Virus record (IMG/VR): IMGVR_UViG_3300046710_000261
Span: 32,001-96,000 of that record
Reading direction: 5' to 3' (one strand)
From: a virus
Lineage: Duplodnaviria; Caudoviricetes
DNA: 64,000 bases
The notes under the pieces are model-generated. The model made no database searches and was not told where the DNA came from. It saw only the letters and a list, made by a program, of their open reading frames with translations. Shown piece after piece: positions 40,858-50,697 of this stretch (the stretch's first letter is position 1; each line of letters opens with the position of its first letter). The position numbers and the translations under genes were made by a program.

Positions 40858-41390
40858 ACAAATTGGTATTGTTGTATTCTATGCATCCACCCTCGCGCCC
40901 ACTGCGCCTGTGATGGCTTGTTAGCAATTATTTCTTTATAATGTATATATTTTTCACAATTGATCGTTGTGAAAAAGGCCCTTCTATCTTTTTGGCCCCA
41001 TTTGTTTATCAAATTGATTGTTATCGGGCCAATAGCACCATCTACTGTAATGATTTCTTCTAAATGAACTAATGCTTTTTGCGCTATTTTTCCAGGGGCA
41101 CCCTGACCCATATTTACACAACAATCAAAAAGTGTTGCTGATATATACTTGTCGCTTATCAAATCAAGTTTTACATCTTGATAATACATGACAAAATAAA
41201 TTTGTTTTGCTTCATCTGCTGTAAGGTTCTTTACAACATTATGAGAAACAATTCCTCTTCTATATGCTTCATCAAGAGTTATATGAGTAATTCCAAACTT
41301 TGTTTCCCCGCCCGGGTCTCCAGGATCATTACTATATCCACCTTCTAAATCCAATGTCTGTGATACAGCATAATTGAAATTCTCCGTCAT
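40842..41390 (-). CDS. GH108 endolysin with peptidoglycan-binding domain
   Basis: EGGYSNDPGDPGGETKFGIT, FDxxVNMG, VDGAIGPIT and GWxxR motifs. Confidence 0.92.
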   Translation of the reverse strand: MTENFNYAVSQTLDLEGGYSNDPGDPGGETKFGITHITLDEAYRRGIVSHNVVKNLTADEAKQIYFVMYYQDVKLDLISDKYISATLFDCCVNMGQGAPGKIAQKALVHLEEIITVDGAIGPITINLINKWGQKDRRAFFTTINCEKYIHYKEIIANKPSQAQWARGWMHRIQQYQFVWEGK

Positions 41391-41465
41391 AATATTCTCC
41401 CATGGACATTATATTTCTCTATTATTTATAAAAATTATATAAGAATGGTGGGGAGAATGGTAGTA

Positions 41466-41521
41466 AAAAGAAAGCCCCCAGAGGTTGTAAAGGGTAAATA
41501 CAATCTGTGGAGGCTGTTTTT
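41466..41521. terminator. long hairpin downstream of the SSB gene
   Basis: GCC..CCAGAGGTTGTA / TACAATCTGTGG.AGGC imperfect inverted repeat flanked by A and T runs. Confidence 0.55.
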
Positions 41522-41537
41522 CGAGAGAGGTTGGAGA

Positions 41538-42539
41538 TTAAATTTTATCTAATTCTCTTAGAAGTTCTTCATCTGTCTGTGTTCTTTCTGCGCCTTTCTT
41601 TGGAGCATCTTTCTTATTTTCCATTTTTGCTTGTTGAACAACTTCTTCTATTTTTTCTGGCGGGGTCAAATTAGGAATATCTTCTTCCTGACTTGGGGGT
41701 ATTTGTTCTTTGACGGGTTTGGCTGCTTCTGCTCGACCCATATTTGCAGTCCAATCGCTTTCAATCATATCCCACAACATTTCTGTTTTGAGAGCCGTTA
41801 TCAAATTCTCAATGGGAATTTTCAGGCTTTGAATATATTCATCAAGGTCGAATGTTGTTTCCATAATTTTCTTTATATCAGCATCAGAACCAAGTGCCGA
41901 TGCTTTTCTTGAAAATACGGAATCACTATAATCAGGATATGTCTTTCCTGACTGATCTGGTTTGGTTGACTTTACTTTCAGGATGAAATTATATCCTTCT
42001 TCACCTGGGTCAAATATCTTATAACCAAGACCTTCTCTCTTATCGGTAATTTCCATCTTGACTTTAGATTCTACTTTATCAGGGAACTCATAAATCCTTA
42101 AGGTATTGGCCACTTTATGATTTGGTTCTTTTGCTTCAGCATCTCTGGGGTCATCAATAATATAAAAATTTCCTGCGTGTTTCACCTTTCTCTTGTAGTT
42201 ATTCGCTGCTGTTTTGTCTTTCTGTGTTCCCATATATAACTTTGAAGTTATTGAGCACATTGGGCACCAGTGGGAAAAGTTTTCGGTTTTTGGGCATAGA
42301 TAATGAACCCATGTTTCGCCTGTCCTGAACATATGATAGTAATACTTTTTCGTGAAATTTCCTTTCTTGTCAGGAAGAAATCTTCCTTCATAAACTTTCG
42401 GTTTGTCTACTGTTCCCGCCTGTGGTGTTCTCCATACCATATTGCTTCGGAACATCCCTCCTGGCTTCTTCTCTTCTTCCTCCTTTTCTTTAGTTTCTAC
42501 ATACTTGTCAAATAGTGCTTTGTTTACCCATTTCGTCAT
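41538..42539 (-). CDS. single-stranded DNA-binding protein (T4 gp32-like)
   Basis: RFLP, H..CPxT....CPxC, NFYIIDDP, FDP..GYNFILKVK, PDYSDSxF and acidic C-terminus. Confidence 0.88.
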   Translation of the reverse strand: MTKWVNKALFDKYVETKEKEEEEKKPGGMFRSNMVWRTPQAGTVDKPKVYEGRFLPDKKGNFTKKYYYHMFRTGETWVHYLCPKTENFSHWCPMCSITSKLYMGTQKDKTAANNYKRKVKHAGNFYIIDDPRDAEAKEPNHKVANTLRIYEFPDKVESKVKMEITDKREGLGYKIFDPGEEGYNFILKVKSTKPDQSGKTYPDYSDSVFSRKASALGSDADIKKIMETTFDLDEYIQSLKIPIENLITALKTEMLWDMIESDWTANMGRAEAAKPVKEQIPPSQEEDIPNLTPPEKIEEVVQQAKMENKKDAPKKGAERTQTDEELLRELDKI

Positions 42540-42637
42540 TATTTTCTCCTTGATACTATTGGCCCGTTTGTTTGATTTGTTCTATTGTGGTTTGTTTTTG
42601 TATAAGTTTTGATGCCAAAGTATCTATATATAAATTT

Positions 42638-42666
42638 ATTATAACAGATACAGAACGTATTGTAAA
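42638..42666 (-). promoter_or_regulatory. sigma70 promoter of the gp32-like gene
   Basis: TTTACA-17-TATAAT with TG extension. Confidence 0.75.
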
Positions 42667-42757
42667 TGTATGATATTATTGTTATATTATATGTGTAATT
42701 CGTTGATGGTTGAAAAATTTACGATCTGTGCATTTGATGAGTTATCATTACAGGACA

Positions 42758-43630
42758 TTATCTCTTTGCAAAAGGAAGATTTTTTATCACCATTCCTGCT
42801 GCACCTTTATGGCCCCCTGCTGATATTGCACCTTTTTCTTCCCCTAATTTTTTTGCTAGTGCTGACACATCAATTATCTCCGAATAGAACGAGAGGGAAT
42901 AATTTGTTCCATCAAAAACATAGGATGCTACAAAATTATATTTTTTTAATAGGTCTCCAAATCCTTGAGAACCAAATCGGTAAAGATTGACTGCAAATCC
43001 TTTATGACCATAAACATCTATTTCATATCCATAAGATTTGATCATATCGTTGCAATAGTTGTTTCGATATTTTATACACGTATCTCCTGTTTCTACTATT
43101 TCATTTACCAAATCCTTTGCAAAGAATTGGTCGGTTTCCAGGAGCATTTCCCATATTTTCGCTTTTGGTTCTGTATTTGCCAATTTTAATCCTTCATAAA
43201 ATTGGAAACATCGTGGAGCAAATTTCAATGCCCATTTATCATAATCCCCAAGTAATTGTATTGCTTCAGGAACGGGTTCTGCCGCCACAATATATTTCCA
43301 TGTCAATTCACATGCTGCATTCATTTTGTCTCTGAAATCTCTCTTGCCATTTATAAAATTATTATATGGATAATCTTTTGCTGTTGCATGATGGTCAATC
43401 CAGGTAATATATCCTGTCTTCTTTGAGACAGCATCCATTACTTCTGGTTTGAAAGAAAAATCAACAATTATTACTTCTTCATTTTTTCTTATATTATCAA
43501 CATTGATTGGGTCTTTATAATCGGCTTCTATAAATTCACATCCTCTTATTCCAGTTGCTTTTATTTTATAAATATAAATGATGGCGGCTGAACATCTTCC
43601 ATCCAAATCGTTATGAAAGAACACTTTCAT
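42758..43630 (-). CDS. DHH/DHHA1 phosphoesterase
   Basis: HNDLDG, IVDFS, WIDHH and GGHKGAAG motifs. Confidence 0.9.
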   Translation of the reverse strand: MKVFFHNDLDGRCSAAIIYIYKIKATGIRGCEFIEADYKDPINVDNIRKNEEVIIVDFSFKPEVMDAVSKKTGYITWIDHHATAKDYPYNNFINGKRDFRDKMNAACELTWKYIVAAEPVPEAIQLLGDYDKWALKFAPRCFQFYEGLKLANTEPKAKIWEMLLETDQFFAKDLVNEIVETGDTCIKYRNNYCNDMIKSYGYEIDVYGHKGFAVNLYRFGSQGFGDLLKKYNFVASYVFDGTNYSLSFYSEIIDVSALAKKLGEEKGAISAGGHKGAAGMVIKNLPFAKR

Positions 43631-43772
43631 TTTTTGATCTCCTTTTTCTCATTCAGATTATTTTCACTATAACCAATTTTATATATTTTGGGATAATCTT
43701 TATCGTGCAACAATTCTGCTCCACTTGGAGTTTGTGTTCCCCATAGTTTATTCCCTTGCTTTATTTTTTTGC

Positions 43773-44396
43773 TCACTTATTCAATTCCTCCTCCAACCAT
43801 TTCACGATGTCTGGTTGGCTATAAAGTTTTGTATGATAGAGATTGTAATTTTGAACTATAAGAGGCACAACCATTCTTTCTTCATCGGTAAGAACAAGAT
43901 AATGCTTTCCTATAAGCCAAGATACTGTAAATTTGTCTATATTGTTTTCAATGAAATGTCTGATAGGCATACTTTCCCCTTCTCTGAAAAGACAGTATTG
44001 TTTTATCATTGATAGGTCTTCTCTATGGGGTCGTATTCTCATATACCCTTTTATAAATTCGATAGATTTTTTTATACCAATCAAATTCAAATCCCATTCC
44101 CGTTTAATTATCTTATCCCTTTCGATATACAACCGCAATATCCTGCGGTCAAAGAATTTTGTGTAGGTGAAATTCTTTTTGAACAATTCAAAACCGCATT
44201 GGAAAAATCTTTCAGGGGCTATGTTTCTCCAAATAGTATTGAAATGCCCTGTTGCCATTTCCAATGCTTCCCTGTTTCTTGGGTTCATTTTGGTTTCAAG
44301 ATAATTGTCAAAATCTTTGGGAATACGATATGGCCTGTTCAAACAATCTGATTGTGCTATTCTGAATAATAAATAAATATCATATGTCGATAACAT
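43773..44396 (-). CDS. probable helicase loader (T4 gp59-like)
   Basis: Size, basic/aromatic composition and position upstream of gp32; weak similarity by eye. Confidence 0.4.
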   Translation of the reverse strand: MLSTYDIYLLFRIAQSDCLNRPYRIPKDFDNYLETKMNPRNREALEMATGHFNTIWRNIAPERFFQCGFELFKKNFTYTKFFDRRILRLYIERDKIIKREWDLNLIGIKKSIEFIKGYMRIRPHREDLSMIKQYCLFREGESMPIRHFIENNIDKFTVSWLIGKHYLVLTDEERMVVPLIVQNYNLYHTKLYSQPDIVKWLEEELNK

Positions 44397-44403
44397 ATTA
44401 CCT

Positions 44404-44706
44404 CTATTCTATTTCAAATAATTCTTTTGGAAGTTTAAATTTTTCTGGTTCTTCTTCTTTAGTCACCGTATGCTTCATTATCTCTCTAACAAAATATTCA
44501 TAATCAATCTGCTCAAAATTTCTAATAGGAGGTGGGGATGCAAGCTCTTGCATCCTTCTGTTTTTTTCATATTCTTCCACCTTTCTTTCCAATTCAAACA
44601 TACGGACTTGAATGCGGTCGTAAATGCGCGCCACTTCCTGTGCTTTTTGCCCTTTTCCGCCGTCGTTCATTATTATCCGATTTTCAAAATCTTCCCATGT
44701 TAGCAT
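44404..44706 (-). CDS. hypothetical protein with C-terminal LPKELFEIE motif
   Basis: C-terminal motif shared with ORFs at 0.8-2.2 kb. Confidence 0.6.
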   Translation of the reverse strand: MLTWEDFENRIIMNDGGKGQKAQEVARIYDRIQVRMFELERKVEEYEKNRRMQELASPPPIRNFEQIDYEYFVREIMKHTVTKEEEPEKFKLPKELFEIE

Positions 44707-45008
44707 ATCTTCCCGCCATGTCTATATGGTCTTGTTTTGTTGAACTCATGTTTCTTATTTACTTCAACGATGATGTCAATCCCATTTGCTTCCGCCGTAT
44801 CAAATATTCTTATTATACAATCTGCGAGTTCCTCTCCTATCCATCCTTTCTCTCCAGGAGAAATTTGTTTTCTATGTGCTTCCATTGCTTCTGCCAATTC
44901 AGTTACCATAAGCATCAATACTTCTGGTATAGGTCTTTCTCTATCATACCATCCTTTATCTATTGCTAATTGATGAATTTCTTTCGGTGTTACTATATCA
45001 ATCATCAC
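44700..45008 (-). CDS. MazG-like NTP pyrophosphohydrolase
   Basis: ELAEAMEA..EELAD..IRIFD, KHxxNxxRPYRHGGK. Confidence 0.85.
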   Translation of the reverse strand: MMIDIVTPKEIHQLAIDKGWYDRERPIPEVLMLMVTELAEAMEAHRKQISPGEKGWIGEELADCIIRIFDTAEANGIDIIVEVNKKHEFNKTRPYRHGGKIC

Positions 45009-45536
45009 TTCCTCTCTCTTTTACCACCACTTCATACTTTTGCAATAAGGCTCGTTTAAGCATTCGTCCTATTTCTTCTTTTATCCAATCTTCTAAAGGT
45101 TCTGGATCGCCATAAAAACGTCTGTCCTTAAATCCCTCTTTTACAATCGTTATAATCGTGTTCAAAATCTGTTGTTGTAACCATTTGCTGTTGAGCATTC
45201 CTTTCAATTCTTTCTCAACACATTTTTCAATATGCTCACGGACAATATCAAAAATCACTTCACGGTTTATCTTTTCTGTATTGATAATATAGTTTTTTAT
45301 TGCTCGGTATTCGGGTGTTTTGCGGGTTGACATTTTATTCTCCCTTTTCCCAATTTGGGCATCTTGTTATCATCATATCAACATTGGATAATCGGGAAAT
45401 ATTTGAAAATAGAACTGACCATTGGCATTTCTTAAATCTTATGCCACAATTCCAACAAAGGCATTCTTCTTCAGTCAATGGATAGGTATCATTATTCGCC
45501 CAAATTTTGTTTTTTCTTTTGTAGTATTGTTCTGGT

Positions 45537-46094
45537 TTATGTTTCATAGTTTATTATTTTATCTATTTCTAGCCAATCGTATACTCGTGTGATATTACCA
45601 TGAATGCTTCCTTGATTATATGATTTGTCGATAAGATATACTTGAATTCCCTTTGATGCTATCTCATTTGCGAAGTCAAGACGATCCTCAATAAAAATCT
45701 TCACGGCATTATTCAATAATGATTTTCCTTTTTCGGCCTGGGAGGTAAATATAACATCAAAAGGAACAGTTATATGTTTTTCTAAGAGATCAAGAGTACA
45801 ACGAAGATGTCTCATATCTCTTCCAGTTACAAATAATACAGTATCCTGTGTTCTTTTGTGATATTTTTCAATAAAGGATATTGCCTCTGGATATGGTTTC
45901 AGCATATCAATATCTGCCAATGCGGCATCAATACATTCATCAACAATTTTTCTTGATACACCCAATTCTTTTTCAAGATTATAACTTTTCCATAATCCAG
46001 GAAATTTTATTCCATGGAGTTTGTCGAAATAATGAAAAAGGGCAGGATTCATATCTACAACACAGCCGTCAATATCATAAGCTATTTTTTTCAT
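45537..46094 (-). CDS. HAD-family 5'(3')-deoxyribonucleotidase
   Basis: DIDGCVVD, VTGR, K and FIED motifs. Confidence 0.85.
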   Translation of the reverse strand: MKKIAYDIDGCVVDMNPALFHYFDKLHGIKFPGLWKSYNLEKELGVSRKIVDECIDAALADIDMLKPYPEAISFIEKYHKRTQDTVLFVTGRDMRHLRCTLDLLEKHITVPFDVIFTSQAEKGKSLLNNAVKIFIEDRLDFANEIASKGIQVYLIDKSYNQGSIHGNITRVYDWLEIDKIINYET

Positions 46095-47206
46095 TCTAAT
46101 CTCTTTCCAAATAAACTCAAATATGCTTCAATATATTTTCTAATATTATTGTTATCTTCCCAATAAAGTTGATCTTTTATTGTAGCATAATCCTTCTCAA
46201 ATGTCAATTTCCTCAAATCTACATCTTCAACTAATCGTTCTATGTTAGATATAAATTCATCTTCTGTCTCTGATACCAAATAAGCATCTTTATATGGCTC
46301 GGCTTTGGAATATACTCCGGGACAACCAATAGCAGTAAATTCAAGCATCTTAATATTGCTTTTGCTGTCATTAAAAACTCCTGACATTAAAGGAGCAATG
46401 CATATATCCATCTCTAGGCTTTTCAAAAATGCAGGATAATGGAGAATATCTGTCCATCCATGATATTCAATTCCATTATTCTTTAGATCGTCTAATTCAC
46501 TGGGGAACCCGCCACAAATAACCCATTGATAATCATTTATTGTTTTCCTTATGAAGTGAATTAATTTCTGACCGAAATCACCGCCTTTGATGCCTTTCTT
46601 TATCAATTGCTTTGTAGCAAAATGATTTTCGCTCCCAGCATAAAGTATTCGTGGTCTCTTCCTTTTTAAAAATCCATCAAGATCAGTAACAGAACAAGTA
46701 TTGCCCCAAAGAAATTTAGGAAGATGATTGGGAATGACTACAATGTTCTTATTAAATTCAGAATAGATTTTTTTCAATGTTTCAGTTGATGTTGTTATTC
46801 CATCACTGATCTTCATCATTTCTTTGATATAGACAGAATTTTCTTTGTAATAATCATGGGCATAATTCCATTCGGGTATGTTCATAAGTAGATCATCTAT
46901 TTCATAGATAATAGGAATTTTGCATTGCTTTCTAATATTATCATGGAAATACTTGAATACCTGATAATGGGAACTAAGGGCAGAACGTTGGAATTGAACA
47001 AACGTGAAATTCTTATAGAACCGCGCATCAAGGACAAAATTCACGGAGTACAATGCCACAAAACGATAATTTGGAATACGGGCAAGATTAAGAAGCATGG
47101 TAGGAAAAACAACACGGATATGTCCACAACCTTGCAATTACAAATCCCCAGCATACGAAAAAAAACTAATCGAGGTTGGGGATTTGATGGGAGTTAAACC
47201 ATTCAC
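46091..47206 (-). pseudogene. GT-B glycosyltransferase with in-frame TAA at 47138-47140 (or restart at TTG 47137)
   Basis: Frame reads SFFSYAGDL*LQGCGHIRV...FQR..YEIDD..IAPL..FNDSKSNIKMLE; GT call strong, disruption status uncertain. Confidence 0.6.
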
Positions 47207-47299
47207 TTTGGCATCACCACCTTTTTCCTCTCTCACAATTTTATTGTGTTTGATAAAATTTTAAAACAAGGGGGCCATTGTTGACCCCCCAAGCATGGA

Positions 47300-47875
47300 T
47301 TATATCAATCCATATTCTTTCAATACACCATCCAATCCCAATCTCTGAATTTGGATAAGCATAAATTCATGAATGGTTGGGGCAAAGGGGCGTTTCTTCA
47401 GAAACATTCCTGCCTTTTCTGGTGTTCTGTTATCCTTTTTGTTGTTACATGGGAAACATGCTGTTACCACGTTCTCAAAGGTAGACTGTCCACCTTTTGA
47501 TCTTGGGGTAACATGATCCAAAGACAAACGTGGATGTTTCACTCCGCAATAGCAACAAGTAAACCCATCTCTGATGAAAACGTTTCTCTTGTTGAAAGGA
47601 ACCCGCTGTCTATATAGCATACGGACAAACTTCAGCAAACGGATTAACTTCGGTACAAGAAAAGTAATTGTTCTTGAAACGGTATGGATAACCTTTTCAG
47701 AATATTTTAGTACCTCTGCTTTTCCTTTCATAACCAAACGAATAGCCCTGCGCCAATTGATAACACCCATTGGGCGATAATCTGCGTTAAGCAAAATTGT
47801 TTGATCAACAGTTAGTGTAGCAACTGGCCTGAAAGGTAATTCATCCAGAATTTGCTTCTGCTCTTGTGATAACAT
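47300..47875 (-). CDS. HNH endonuclease (McrA-like)
   Basis: LLNADY, RDGFTCCYCG, DHVTPRSKGG and ENVVTACFPCNNKK motifs. Confidence 0.9.
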   Translation of the reverse strand: MLSQEQKQILDELPFRPVATLTVDQTILLNADYRPMGVINWRRAIRLVMKGKAEVLKYSEKVIHTVSRTITFLVPKLIRLLKFVRMLYRQRVPFNKRNVFIRDGFTCCYCGVKHPRLSLDHVTPRSKGGQSTFENVVTACFPCNNKKDNRTPEKAGMFLKKRPFAPTIHEFMLIQIQRLGLDGVLKEYGLI

Positions 47876-48178
47876 TGTCTTTTCCTTTCTTTAAATTACT
47901 AACTTCTTTGGGATTTTATCGCTTTTCCCATGCGCAGTGTCTTTGAGAATGTCTTGTTTTTCTCTCAACATTCTCATAAATTTCTTATACTCTTCAATTA
48001 TATCTTGTCTTGTTGCTCGTAACGATTTATTTTTTCCATACCTGATTTCGCCTATATTGTTCATACAAAAAATACACATCTTGTCTTCGGGATGTTTTGG
48101 AACCTCATCTACAAAATCAGGAGGGAAAAATGCATTACATTTCACGCATTTCGGCATATTTCACTCCTATATTGTCTT

Positions 48179-48207
48179 ATTATATCATAAACAGAATAAT
48201 CTGTCAA
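48179..48207 (-). promoter_or_regulatory. sigma70 promoter
   Basis: TTGACA-17-TATAAT with TG extension. Confidence 0.75.
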
Positions 48208-48221
48208 TACTTATTTATAAA

Positions 48222-48743
48222 TTATCTATGGCCTCCGCCGTGTCCTCCACCATGAGAACCACCACCACCATGACCACCACCATAACCACCGCCGTGTCCA
48301 CCGCCATAACCGCCACCGTGACCTCCCCCTCTTGGAGCATACCCTCTATGGAATCCATAACTATGTCCAGGGAAGGAACGATGTCCCCATGATCCGCTTA
48401 TTCCGCGTCTTCCATACCAACCTCCATTATAGTATCTATAATAGAAACCACCATACCAGAAATAAGGATATGAACTATATGGATAATAATAATATCCTGG
48501 ATATCCTGGATATGCTTCAAATTCAGATGGGGGAATCTGACCTTGAACGTCTTCCATATCTGGTGGAGGAATTTGTGATTGAACTTGGGCGACAACAACT
48601 GGTTGTTGAACAACAACAGCGGGTCTTAAGACTTCTGTTGCAATGATAGTGCCTGCTATCCCACCAAGGATAAATGGTGCGGCTCCTCTACACCCGACTA
48701 ATGCTAACACCAAAATCAAAACCAAAAAAATTGTTCTTTTCAT
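48222..48743 (-). CDS. Tyr/Gly/His-rich lipoprotein
   Basis: Lipobox LVGC; Tyr-rich core; GGG(H/Y) repeats. Confidence 0.75.
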   Translation of the reverse strand: MKRTIFLVLILVLALVGCRGAAPFILGGIAGTIIATEVLRPAVVVQQPVVVAQVQSQIPPPDMEDVQGQIPPSEFEAYPGYPGYYYYPYSSYPYFWYGGFYYRYYNGGWYGRRGISGSWGHRSFPGHSYGFHRGYAPRGGGHGGGYGGGHGGGYGGGHGGGGSHGGGHGGGHR

Positions 48744-48758
48744 AGTAATTCCCCTTTT

Positions 48759-49127
48759 TTATAATTGGTTCATTAAGTAACTAAACCCGACAATGGGTTC
48801 TAGTCCCAGTTTTACAATAGGTTTTAAATACCCATGTTCTGTAATAAATTCTGCTACAACAGGTGAATGTTTGTAATATTCATCTGTTAGGAATGTACCA
48901 ACACTATTTGTCAATAGGTATTTATCCCTGAACTCTCTCAAAATCATCACATGAGGATGATTTACATCGTCATAGGTTGCGGTTGCAATAAAGCACCATA
49001 TTCCAGGCCCACGACCACCGTGACCACCACGGGCATATGGGGTAAGACTTGTCTGACAATCTGCAATCACTACACCCAAGAATGAGATACATAAAAATAA
49101 ACACACCGCATACATCAGTTTTTTCAT
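48759..49127 (-). CDS. CFI-box-CTERM domain protein
   Basis: Signal peptide then CFIATATY..HPHVMILREFRDKYL..G...YYKHSP..A. Confidence 0.85.
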   Translation of the reverse strand: MKKLMYAVCLFLCISFLGVVIADCQTSLTPYARGGHGGRGPGIWCFIATATYDDVNHPHVMILREFRDKYLLTNSVGTFLTDEYYKHSPVVAEFITEHGYLKPIVKLGLEPIVGFSYLMNQL

Positions 49128-49142
49128 TTTACTTCCTCCTGT

Positions 49143-49292
49143 TTACCAACAAATTAAGGTCACGCCCTGCCATTGTCTTTCTGTGTCCCTTTCAATTATA
49201 GTAATTGTATTGTCGGGGCATCGAAGAGTTTTGACTGTCGCGCAACCAGTAAATAAAACAATCATTATCAGAAATATAATCATCTTCTTCAT
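49143..49292 (-). CDS. 49-aa lipoprotein (not in ORF track)
   Basis: MKKMIIFLIMIVLFTGC lipobox; GGAG SD; promoter at 49310-49338. Confidence 0.7.
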   Translation of the reverse strand: MKKMIIFLIMIVLFTGCATVKTLRCPDNTITIIERDTERQWQGVTLICW

Positions 49293-49309
49293 ACTCCACT
49301 CCTATGTAT

Positions 49310-49338
49310 ATTATACCATATCTGTAAGGAAATGTCAA
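49310..49338 (-). promoter_or_regulatory. sigma70 promoter
   Basis: TTGACA-17-TATAAT with TG extension. Confidence 0.75.
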
Positions 49339-49343
49339 TAAAC

Positions 49344-49375
49344 AAAAAAAGGGAACTGATTTCTCAATTCCCTTT
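49344..49375 (-). terminator. rho-independent terminator
   Basis: AAAGGGAA..TTCCCTTT hairpin with U-tract on the minus strand. Confidence 0.65.
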
Positions 49376-49402
49376 CAGTTTCTCTACTATGATCCTTTTC
49401 GT

Positions 49403-49978
49403 TTACCTTTTCTTTTGAGGAACTGGTCTCGGAGCAGGTCTTGCTGGCGCGGATTGTGGCGCAGGTCTATTGTGAATTTGCGGTGCTGGCCTTTGAGCAG
49501 GCGCGGGTCTATTGTGAATTTGCGGTGCTGGCCTTGGGGTATTATGTAGTGGTTCATGATGAATACCGGGACCGCGATTTATTCCTCCACGATGTTCATT
49601 TCGATAATTTGGATGATCATGATGAAATCTTTCAAAATGTCCACGGTGTCCATTATTCCAATGATCGTGATAAAAGCCTCTTTCACCAAATGGAACTCTG
49701 TGATGGAAATAATATGCTCCACTTCCTCCAATCGTGAAAAACGCTCCATCATAATAGAACACTGAAACTCCATCGACAATAAACGGCCCGTCATAAAATA
49801 TTTCGGGGGATGCTTCAGGTCCTGGTGCACCAATTGCCAAATCAACTTCTACTGGTTCGGAAACTGCCACTTCTCCTGTGGGGCCTGATACTTCAACACT
49901 TGATGGGCGAACCGACATGGCGCAACCCATAAAAACAAAAATTCCTGCTAACAAACCAAAAATCAAAATTTTTTTCAT
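49403..49978 (-). CDS. His/Pro-rich lipoprotein
   Basis: Lipobox FMGC; tandem RPAPQIHNRPAP repeat (42-bp spacing, ~49461-49535). Confidence 0.75.
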   Translation of the reverse strand: MKKILIFGLLAGIFVFMGCAMSVRPSSVEVSGPTGEVAVSEPVEVDLAIGAPGPEASPEIFYDGPFIVDGVSVFYYDGAFFTIGGSGAYYFHHRVPFGERGFYHDHWNNGHRGHFERFHHDHPNYRNEHRGGINRGPGIHHEPLHNTPRPAPQIHNRPAPAQRPAPQIHNRPAPQSAPARPAPRPVPQKKR

Positions 49979-50039
49979 TTTATTTTACCTCTTTTTTATT
50001 TTACGATATTGAAATCATTCCTTCTATTTAAGGAACTAT

Positions 50040-50630
50040 TCAATTCTTTTTTACTCTCTTCTTAATGAAGGGAACAATACCAACCATTCCGATACCAAGG
50101 AGCATCATAGTTCCTGGCTCAGGGACTGATTGATGGACAAGGAATTCTTGGGCAGTACCTCTGGTATCTGTTAGAATAGTCCATCCAGACCCATTGAATG
50201 TACCATAATTGTTTTGGGCAAGTGTAACATAATATAGGGTGTCTGAATCAGCATAATGGCCACCACTAAAATTCCAAATGGCTTGTTGAATAGAAACCTG
50301 ATTCCCCCCATTGTTATAAATGGAAGCAAGATAGCCCATCTCCAGGTATGCCATTGGATTTTTCAGATATGTTAAATCAAATGAGCCAGAATAGGTAGTG
50401 GTATTTGCCAACCATGACGTATTCAGATAGGATTCATGGTTGAAGTCAACACAGAAAGCATAAACATTTGAAATTCCATTTACTGTAAGGTAGTATGGGG
50501 CAATATAGTATTGTCCATTGTTAACCCCTCCTACTCCTGTCAGGGTAACATCTACCTGATCGGCTGGGGCAGCCATCGGCAGTAAAAATAGTGAAACCAA
50601 TGCAAGAATACAAATCAGAAAACGTTTCAT
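50040..50630 (-). CDS. PEP-CTERM exosortase-sorted surface protein
   Basis: Signal peptide, AFCVD..Q.AIW core, VPEPGTMMLLGIGMVG followed by basic tail. Confidence 0.92.
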   Translation of the reverse strand: MKRFLICILALVSLFLLPMAAPADQVDVTLTGVGGVNNGQYYIAPYYLTVNGISNVYAFCVDFNHESYLNTSWLANTTTYSGSFDLTYLKNPMAYLEMGYLASIYNNGGNQVSIQQAIWNFSGGHYADSDTLYYVTLAQNNYGTFNGSGWTILTDTRGTAQEFLVHQSVPEPGTMMLLGIGMVGIVPFIKKRVKKN

Positions 50631-50653
50631 CTCACTCTCCTTTTTTAATTTTT

Positions 50654-50680
50654 AAAAGGTGGGGACTAAATCCCCACCCT
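50654..50680 (-). terminator. rho-independent terminator
   Basis: GGTGGGGA-ctaaa-TCCCCACC hairpin with U-tract on the minus strand. Confidence 0.7.
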
Positions 50681-50697
50681 AGATTATGGTTGTCTGT

